A stretch of DNA of 64,000 bases from Eledone cirrhosa (taxonomy: Eukaryota): contig OZ024751.1 in the NCBI GenBank assembly GCA_964016885.1, positions 5,270,001 through 5,334,000 on the forward strand, given 5' to 3'. The position numbers were made by a program, and so were the translations under genes. Shown in pieces: positions 56,653-64,000 of the stretch; position 1 is the stretch's first letter, and every line of letters begins with the position of its first letter. A model generated the notes under the pieces. The model was not told the origin of the DNA. It made no database searches and was given only the letters and a program-made list of their open reading frames with translations.

Positions 56653-56865
56653 GAATGCCATGGTTGACGGAGGCTCGGCTCTGTAAGGTATAGTAATTTT
56701 TAACCGTTAAAACAATTGTAAATTGTTTAAAACTTGAACCAAATTGTTGATAAAGACACCCTCCTCCTCGTGAGAGGGGTCTTTCTGTCCGTTATTTGGC
56801 CCTTCGGGGTTAAATAACCAGTTATTGGGGTTTTGTACCCAAAATTTCATTTTAAACAAAAAAAC

Positions 56866-58956
56866 ATGGCTACGAAAAAGAAATTTCGTACGTCACTCCC
56901 ACTCATTCCGTCTTCTTCTTCCTCAATCATCACTACAGCAGAGAGAAGATTGTCTCTCTCCCTCCCTTCTTTAAATGTGTCTCTCTCCCTCCCTTCTCTT
57001 TCGCAAGCGACGAAAGAAAAGAAAAGTCTCGTGCAAAGCGTGCAAGGTTTCTCCACGACGACAGCGACGAAACACGTGTGCGGGAAATACGAAAACCCAG
57101 TTCATTCGTCTGACGTCAGGAATAATAGCAGTAGCAGCCGTAATAACAACAGCAACAGTGACAATGAAAACAACAGTAGCAGCCGCAACAGCATCACCAG
57201 CAGCATAAACAACAACAGCATTAGCAGCAGCAACACCAACAACAACCACAGCAACAGCGGCGGAGGCAGTAGTCGTAGTACCTGCAGCAACAACAAAAGT
57301 ACCAGCAGCTCTGACGACAACAACAACAGCAGAGAAAAACCAATCTCGTTTGCAGGTATTGCGAAAAACTTGGAAACAATCCTCATAACAAATGAGGAAT
57401 TAGAGGAAGCGAAGAAGATGGTGACAAAGAACGGACACCGAGCAATCTGCAAGGCAGCGAAACATTTTTTCGAAACCCAAGAGCACTGTACGGTCACGTA
57501 CCGTACAGTAAGTACAAAATCCCGTAGGGTGGAAAGAGCCACAGAGGCCCAAATACAAAAAGCCTTGGGGTCTGTGTGGCAGAGGAAAACGCACATCACC
57601 CGAGGCAAAAAATACGCCACCGTAGACGTACTTTTTGCCACACCCCAGGAGGCAAAGGCCCAATCAGTAGTGACCCTAAGGAGCGAGGAAATGGTGTTGG
57701 TGCCCTCCTACTGCGGGCAAAAAATTGTGAGGGTCAAACTGACCCACGTCCCCCCCGGAATGACCCCTTCTTGGCTGGCCGCGTCTGTCCTCGTCGGAAT
57801 CGAGGACAAAACAACTGTACTGCAAGTACAGAAAAAAGTAAGAGAAGATTGGGTCGGCTCCTCCATTGAGATGCTAATCCAAACCAACCAGGAGTGCATC
57901 GAAGCTATCCCGGATGTGATAGACTTCGATAACGGCACTCAACTGCCCATAAGTGTTGAGGGCAAACGCCCGAAATGCTTTCGCTGTGGATCGAAGACTC
58001 ACCTCAGGGCCTTCTGCAACGAGAAGACCCTGAGAAAGGAGAAAACCCCCCTCCTCCCGAATCCGGTTCCACGGCTACCAGCAACAGGACAAGCGGCAAC
58101 CAGGAACGATAGGTCCGTGGCACCCATACCCACTCCACGGAAATCAAAGACAGCAGCAGCAGTGGAAATATTAACAACAACAACAGCAATACCAAATGCA
58201 GCTGCAACAGAGACTCCAGTGCAAACATCACCAACAACAACAAGTGAAAGAGTGGAGCTGGTACCCCTCCCCGACCTTACAGAATCAGACATGGAGTGTG
58301 AGGTGGGAGAGGGATGGCAAAAGGTCTCAAGAAGGCACAAACGCAGAAGCAGCGCATCGTCGCCTTTGAAAAGGGAGGAAAGAAATGAGAAAAGGGTAAA
58401 GTCTACTGCAAAGAGACCCACAGCAGCAACACCACCAACACCATCACCACCCACACCAGCACCACCATCACCACCGGCGACAACCCCACCGCCAACAACA
58501 CCTTCAACACCACCACCACAAGCACCAACATCGCAAACACAACAACAAAACACACACACCCAGCAACAACGACAAGAAAATAGCAGAACCACACCCCACC
58601 CCCAGAAAAACAAATGCACGGCAATAAACACACACAACAAGAAACTAATCACTTACATAATTGAACACACAGACATTTCACAACAGGACTACATAATACC
58701 AGCACCAATCAAAACGCCAACTAACATAAGACTGCTAAAAATAGCACAGAAACAATACACAAACATTAAAACGAAATTCCCCAACGCAGTTGGTGATTTC
58801 AGGGACCTAGGAGGAACCATTAATCGAAGAGTATATTCAGACATTCTCTTAGAAGAGCCGACGACCAGCCGAAGGGACGATTCAACGGTCCCTTCACCAG
58901 ACGATCAAGTGAAAAGGGATGTAAAAACCATCCCTCCTCTACCAAAAATACGGTAA
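56866..58956 (+). CDS. LINE ORF1 nucleic-acid-binding protein (696 aa from the first ATG)
   Basis: CCHC knuckle CFRCGSKTHLRAFC, SFAGIAK motif, GWQKVSRR motif, S/N-rich and P/T-rich low-complexity tracts. Confidence 0.88.
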   Translation: MATKKKFRTSLPLIPSSSSSIITTAERRLSLSLPSLNVSLSLPSLSQATKEKKSLVQSVQGFSTTTATKHVCGKYENPVHSSDVRNNSSSSRNNNSNSDNENNSSSRNSITSSINNNSISSSNTNNNHSNSGGGSSRSTCSNNKSTSSSDDNNNSREKPISFAGIAKNLETILITNEELEEAKKMVTKNGHRAICKAAKHFFETQEHCTVTYRTVSTKSRRVERATEAQIQKALGSVWQRKTHITRGKKYATVDVLFATPQEAKAQSVVTLRSEEMVLVPSYCGQKIVRVKLTHVPPGMTPSWLAASVLVGIEDKTTVLQVQKKVREDWVGSSIEMLIQTNQECIEAIPDVIDFDNGTQLPISVEGKRPKCFRCGSKTHLRAFCNEKTLRKEKTPLLPNPVPRLPATGQAATRNDRSVAPIPTPRKSKTAAAVEILTTTTAIPNAAATETPVQTSPTTTSERVELVPLPDLTESDMECEVGEGWQKVSRRHKRRSSASSPLKREERNEKRVKSTAKRPTAATPPTPSPPTPAPPSPPATTPPPTTPSTPPPQAPTSQTQQQNTHTQQQRQENSRTTPHPQKNKCTAINTHNKKLITYIIEHTDISQQDYIIPAPIKTPTNIRLLKIAQKQYTNIKTKFPNAVGDFRDLGGTINRRVYSDILLEEPTTSRRDDSTVPSPDDQVKRDVKTIPPLPKIR

Positions 58957-58991
58957 GTGGTCTTTCCCATCTTTTCCACTCTATTTTAAAC

Positions 58992-61900
58992 ATGACCTCA
59001 CTCAGAATAGGCAGCATAAATGCGCGTGGCTTGGGGTCGTCATGGAAGCAGGGTCACCTGCTCAACGACCTCAGGTCACTAAACATAGATGTAGTGGCCA
59101 TCAGCGAGACCAGAATCTCCGAAGCACGGGCCTTCGCACCGATCTTCGGCGGCTACGATGTGTACGCATCTCCCAGCCGTCCTGGATCCGGTGGAGGAGT
59201 TGCTGTACTTTTTCGGAGAGGTTTGGATCTCGCCATACGGGCCATCTTCCTGGACCCAGAGGGTAAGCTGGTGGTGCTGGACGTGACCAGCGGAGACGGG
59301 CAAGCTTTCAGGCTAGTGGCCGTCTATGCCCCGACAGGAGCAGGGCGGCCTGATTTCTTCCGGCGTCTGGAGACCTTTCTTGGAACGTCCCGCTCTTTAG
59401 TGTTAGTGGGCGACTGGAACGGGATCTTAGATGCACGCTGGGACTGTGTGGGATTAGCGGATAGGGGTGGAGGGTGCAAGAGCCTCACCAACCTGCTCAG
59501 GCGTTTTGAACTGTCTGACAGGTACCGATTGGATTTCCCGAATGTGCCAATGTGGACTTGGACAAACCGCATAGGGTCATCCAGATCATATCTAGATAGA
59601 GTATTTTGTAGGGAAATAGATAGGTCTAGCATAGGCTGTCCACAATTCAAGATAGTCAGCTACACGGACCACAAATTCGTGACCTGTGTGCTTGACTTAG
59701 ATAGGCTTCATAGACGAGGACCCGGCTACTGGAAGCTAAACGCGTCCTTACCAGCGCGCAAGGCCTACAGAGACCGGATTAGCGAACTAGTTAAGCGGGC
59801 GTTGACGGGGGCCATCGTCAACAACAAGTGGTGGTTTGCTCTGAAAAGAGCGATTAGAATAGAATCGATTAGGTTTAGTAAGGCTTTAGCAATAGAGAAA
59901 AATAGAGCAGAGGGAGAACTAGTTAGAAAATTAGACGAGGCGCTTAGCAAAGGCATTGCGACCGACGTGCTTGCGGCGAAATTGGCCCTTGACCAATTCT
60001 TCAATGCAAAGCACGAAGGCTGCGTTGTCAGAGCTAGGGTGCGTGCTCTCAGACACGAGGGGACGAAAGCCGTTCAATGGGCCCGAGTGGCGGAGGCGCG
60101 TCGTGGCAACAAAGCCACGATCCGGTCTTTGGTGGACCACGACGGGCGCATGCTACTCGATCCCGGGCAAATGTGTGAAGCTTTTCAGCGACACTTCGCT
60201 CAGCTGTTCGGGGGCAGCGGGGGGCCGGGTAGAGGGATGGACTTTAGTGTCTACCTCGACGGGCTGCCGCGGCTCTCGGCCACTGAGGCGAGGTGTTGCG
60301 AAAAGCCGATAACAGCCGCTGAAGTACGGGAGGCAATGACTGGCTGCACAAGGGGTAAATCGCCTGGTTTGGATGGTCTGCCCTATGAACTTTACGTACA
60401 GATGCCAGACTTGTTCGGAGGCCTCTTGGCGGACGTCTACTGCAACTGGCAACAGAACGGGAGAATTCCCAGTTCTGTGAGCCGAGGAGCGGTGGCACTG
60501 CTGAGAAAGGATCCGAACAAGGGGGATAACATAGACAATTTCCGGCCCATAACTCTGCTAAACACAGAGTTTAAGATTTTGGCCAAGGTGCTAGCAAAGA
60601 GGTTGGCGCTTGTCGTTGGTGGTCTGGTGGGAGAGGCGCAGACATGCGCCATTCCCGACAGATCCATCCACGACAACCTCCACCTCATGCGATACATCGT
60701 AGAGAGGGTAGCTAGGGAACCTGGCACGGGTGGGTCCTTGATCAATTTAGATCAGTCGAAAGCTTTCGATAGGGTCGACCATCGTTACCTAGCGGCAGTC
60801 CTGAGGGCGGCTGGCTTTGGGCCCGTCTTCAGAGGCTGGATCGCTGCCATGCACAGCGACATCTGCTCTGTGGTGAGAGTGAACGGTCACCTGTCGGAAC
60901 CGTTCAACATCATGCGCTCGGTCCGCCAAGGATGTCCCCTCTCGTCCCTCTTGTACGTATTGACTCTCGAGCCATTACTGCACAAACTGGAGACGTTGAG
61001 GGGAGTCCCGCGCGAACTAGGATGCGGAAGATCCGTGTCAGCATATGCGGACGATGTCACCGTAGTGGTGTCGAACGCCAAACACATCGAGGCGATCGGC
61101 ACTACACTAAGAGAATACGAAGCGGTGACAGGAGCAATGATCAACCAGGAAAAGTCAGTGGGCCTGCAGCTCGGCACCTGGAGAGGCAGGTCCATGCCGT
61201 CCAACAGCGTCGTCGGGCGCTGGACGGACGGACCGGTTAAATTGCTAGGGGTCTGGTTCGGTCCGGACCTCCAGACGGACAAAAACTGGGACGAGGTGAC
61301 GAGCAGGGTGGCTTCTCTCACCCAGAAATGGGCGGAGAGGAAGCTATCCCTGAAAGGTCGAGCGGAGGTGGCTAACGCGTACATCGCGTCTGTCATCTGC
61401 TACCGCCTAACCGTCGTACCTTGTCCTAAGCCTCGCCTGACTGCGCTGGAGCGTTTGCTCTTTCGCTTTTTGTGGAAGGGACGTGCTCCGATGGTCAGGC
61501 GGTCCATCTGTTGTCAACACCCGCTACGTGGAGGGCTGGGCATGCCGTGGCTGATGATGCGCAGGCACGCGCTCAGGCTACGACATCTCCACCTCTTCCT
61601 CGACGGTGATCAGGTGTGGTCGCCGTTTGCTAGACGCGTTTTTCCCCAGCTCGTTTCCTTGACGGAGCTGCAGTCCTGGGTCAAGCGAAGACCGAGAGGG
61701 AGCGCCTGGAGACTGGAATGTCTTCAGGCGCTCACAGCCCTCGACCAATCGGGCAATGTGATCGGTGGAAACTCCACCTCGGCGTTCTATAGAGGATTAG
61801 TGGAGGGGAAGAGCGACGACGTACTTGGGGAAACTCTAGGCGTCGACGAAAATCAACTAGCCAATCTCTTCGGAAGAACTTTCGGGCCAGGGCCTATGGA

Positions 61901-62411
61901 CAACTTCCAGAAATCTCTGGCCTGGCAGTGCTACCGAGGAGCCTTGCCAGTTCGGGATAAACTCTACAGGCATGGAGGTGCCGTCAGCCGGCCATGTCCG
62001 AGATGCGCGCAGGGCGACGAAACCGTCCTGCACGCACTCGTCCAGTGTCCGAAAATTGCTGACTTGTGGGTTTATGTCGAACACCTGCTGTCGCGTTTAG
62101 GACGGATCCAGCTATCATCTGAGTCTATCGTGAGGATTGCCCCGCCCTCCTCCTTTAGCCGGGAAGGGCAGGCAGTTTTTATCTGTCTGGTGGCCATGGC
62201 GAAAGAGATAGTATGGTGGACACGTTTGAAAGGGCTGAAGACGAGCACTTACCTCTTCGGTGATGCTCTGATTGACTTTTTCAAATTTCATTTGAAAAGG
62301 AAAATCAGAGTAGAGAAGGAAGTGCTCTCTTCCCAGCATTTTGTTGAAAGATGGGTGAGAGAAGCAAGAATGGCCCGAGTGAATGGGCCGACTCTGAGTA
62401 TATATCTGTAA
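58992..62411 (+). CDS. LINE ORF2: AP endonuclease, reverse transcriptase and C-terminal Cys/His motif (1139 aa)
   Basis: SINARGL, ISET, VYAP, GDWN, SYLDR, TDH; KSPGLDG, FRPITLLN, DQSKAFDRV, VRQGCPLS, AYADD; CPRC..ETVLHALVQC. Confidence 0.95.
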   Translation: MTSLRIGSINARGLGSSWKQGHLLNDLRSLNIDVVAISETRISEARAFAPIFGGYDVYASPSRPGSGGGVAVLFRRGLDLAIRAIFLDPEGKLVVLDVTSGDGQAFRLVAVYAPTGAGRPDFFRRLETFLGTSRSLVLVGDWNGILDARWDCVGLADRGGGCKSLTNLLRRFELSDRYRLDFPNVPMWTWTNRIGSSRSYLDRVFCREIDRSSIGCPQFKIVSYTDHKFVTCVLDLDRLHRRGPGYWKLNASLPARKAYRDRISELVKRALTGAIVNNKWWFALKRAIRIESIRFSKALAIEKNRAEGELVRKLDEALSKGIATDVLAAKLALDQFFNAKHEGCVVRARVRALRHEGTKAVQWARVAEARRGNKATIRSLVDHDGRMLLDPGQMCEAFQRHFAQLFGGSGGPGRGMDFSVYLDGLPRLSATEARCCEKPITAAEVREAMTGCTRGKSPGLDGLPYELYVQMPDLFGGLLADVYCNWQQNGRIPSSVSRGAVALLRKDPNKGDNIDNFRPITLLNTEFKILAKVLAKRLALVVGGLVGEAQTCAIPDRSIHDNLHLMRYIVERVAREPGTGGSLINLDQSKAFDRVDHRYLAAVLRAAGFGPVFRGWIAAMHSDICSVVRVNGHLSEPFNIMRSVRQGCPLSSLLYVLTLEPLLHKLETLRGVPRELGCGRSVSAYADDVTVVVSNAKHIEAIGTTLREYEAVTGAMINQEKSVGLQLGTWRGRSMPSNSVVGRWTDGPVKLLGVWFGPDLQTDKNWDEVTSRVASLTQKWAERKLSLKGRAEVANAYIASVICYRLTVVPCPKPRLTALERLLFRFLWKGRAPMVRRSICCQHPLRGGLGMPWLMMRRHALRLRHLHLFLDGDQVWSPFARRVFPQLVSLTELQSWVKRRPRGSAWRLECLQALTALDQSGNVIGGNSTSAFYRGLVEGKSDDVLGETLGVDENQLANLFGRTFGPGPMDNFQKSLAWQCYRGALPVRDKLYRHGGAVSRPCPRCAQGDETVLHALVQCPKIADLWVYVEHLLSRLGRIQLSSESIVRIAPPSSFSREGQAVFICLVAMAKEIVWWTRLKGLKTSTYLFGDALIDFFKFHLKRKIRVEKEVLSSQHFVERWVREARMARVNGPTLSIYL

Positions 62412-62673
62412 ACTAAAGGTGGAAAACTGGGAGAGGGCACTTGCCTTGGTGGTCAGGGTCATTGTGGCTTTTTACTGGGCTTTCTCCACAAATGTCCCTC
62501 CGAAGTCTCCCCCCTATTGGGGAATTTTTTTCATTGTTATTTTCATTGTTATTTTTGTTACATCCTCTGTTTTTGTTTTTTTACACGCAGAAATGCCCAT
62601 TTGTACCGTCCTGCATTGTCCTGCACTGTCCTTAATGTCTACTTTATGTAAACCCTTGTGGTTAATAAAGAAA

Positions 62674-62720
<47 letters not shown>

Positions 62721-64000
62721 GAATGCCATGGTTGACGGAGGCTCGGCTCTGTAAGGTATAGTAATTTTTAACCGTTAAAACAATTGTAAATTGTTTAAAA
62801 CTTGAACCAAATTGTTGATAAAGACACCCTCCTCCTCGTGAGAGGGGTCTTTCTGTCCGTTATTTGGCCCTTCGAGGTTAAATAACCAGTTATTGGGGTT
62901 TTGTACCCAAAATTTCATTTTAAACAAAAAAACATGGCTACGAAAAAGAAATTTCGTACGTCACTCCCACTCATTCCGTCTTCTTCTTCCTCAATCATCA
63001 CTACAGCAGAGAGAAGATTGTCTCTCTCCCTCCCTTCTTTAAATGTGTCTCTCTCCCTCCCTTCTCTTTCGCAAGCGACGAAAGAAAAGAAAAGTCTCGT
63101 GCAAAGCGTGCAAGGTTTCTCCACGACGACAGCGACGAAACAGGTGTGCGGGAAATACGAAAACCCAGTTCATTCGTCTGACGTCAGGAATAATAGCAGT
63201 AGCAGCCGTAATAACAACAGCAACAGTGACAATGAAAACAACAGTAGCAGCCGCAACAGCATCACCAGCAGCATAAACAACAACAGCATTAGCAGCAGCA
63301 ACACCAACAACAACCACAGCAACAGCGGCGGAGGCAGTAGTCGTAGTACCTGCAGCAACAACAAAAGTACCAGCAGCTCTGACGACAACAACAACAGCAG
63401 AGAAAAACCAATCTCGTTTGCAGGTATTGCGAAAAACTTGGAAACAATCCTCATAACAAATGAGGAATTAGAGGAAGCGAAGAAGATGGTGACAAAGAAC
63501 GGACACCGAGCAATCTGCAAGGCAGCGAAACATTTTTTCGAAACCCAAGAGCACTGTACGGTCACGTACCGTACAGTAAGTACAAAATCCCGTAGGGTGG
63601 AAAGAGCCACAGAGGCCCAAATACAAAAAGCCTTGGGGTCTGTGTGGCAGAGGAAAACGCACATCACCCGAGGCAAAAAATACGCCACCGTAGACGTACT
63701 TTTTGCCACACCCCAGGAGGCAAAGGCCCAATCAGTAGTGACCCTAAGGAGCGAGGAAATGGTGTTGGTGCCCTCCTACTGCGGGCAAAAAATTGTGAGG
63801 GTCAAACTGACCCACGTCCCCCCCGGAATGACCCCTTCTTGGCTGGCCGCGTCTGTCCTCGTCGGAATCGAGGACAAAACAACTGTACTGCAAGTACAGA
63901 AAAAAGTAAGAGAAGATTGGGTCGGCTCCTCCATTGAGATGCTAATCCAAACCAACCAGGAGTGCATCGAAGCTATCCCGGATGTGATAGACTTCGATAA
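62721..64000 (+). mobile_element. Second tandem copy of the L1/Tx1-type LINE (runs off the window); ORF1 starts at 62934
   Basis: Matches 56653 onward at +6068. Only two differences spotted: 56807G/62875A and 57075C/63143G. Confidence 0.95.

Larger units (their letters stand above)
56653..62675 (+). mobile_element. Full-length, apparently intact L1/Tx1-type non-LTR retrotransposon, copy 1
   Basis: 5' UTR, two intact ORFs, 3' UTR with AATAAA at 62664, then (ATT)15 at 62676-62720. Confidence 0.95.

Noticed and set aside
56847-62462. Antisense and alternative-frame ORFs overlapping the LINE ORFs
   Set aside because: Shadow ORFs of GC-richer coding sequence with no recognisable motifs.

Overview
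This is AT-rich, repeat-saturated eukaryotic (metazoan) DNA. The SINE families and very dense (TA)n/(CA)n microsatellites suggest an octopus or other cephalopod-type genome (inference). I found no convincing host protein-coding exon; most short ORFs in the track are microsatellite artefacts. Recognisable elements: an apparently intact L1/Tx1-type LINE (ORF1 plus APE-RT ORF2) in a head-to-tail tandem of 6068-bp period joined by (ATT)n; an older decayed relative sitting in (TATC)n; two RTE-type LINE fragments; four Penelope-like element (PLE) remnants; a non-autonomous Helitron; about 15 copies of one SINE family; and large 17-bp and 12-bp minisatellites. The most striking signal is non-coding. 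By reading the sequence I find about a dozen type I hammerhead-ribozyme (HHR) folds, plus several decayed ones, from at least 6 sequence families. Most lie in ORF-less fold-back (palindromic) elements inserted in (TA)n, so one ribozyme is encoded on each strand. Many have a palindromic minimal stem III and an unusually long or branched stem II. All HHR calls are by-eye base-pairing, not covariance-model hits.
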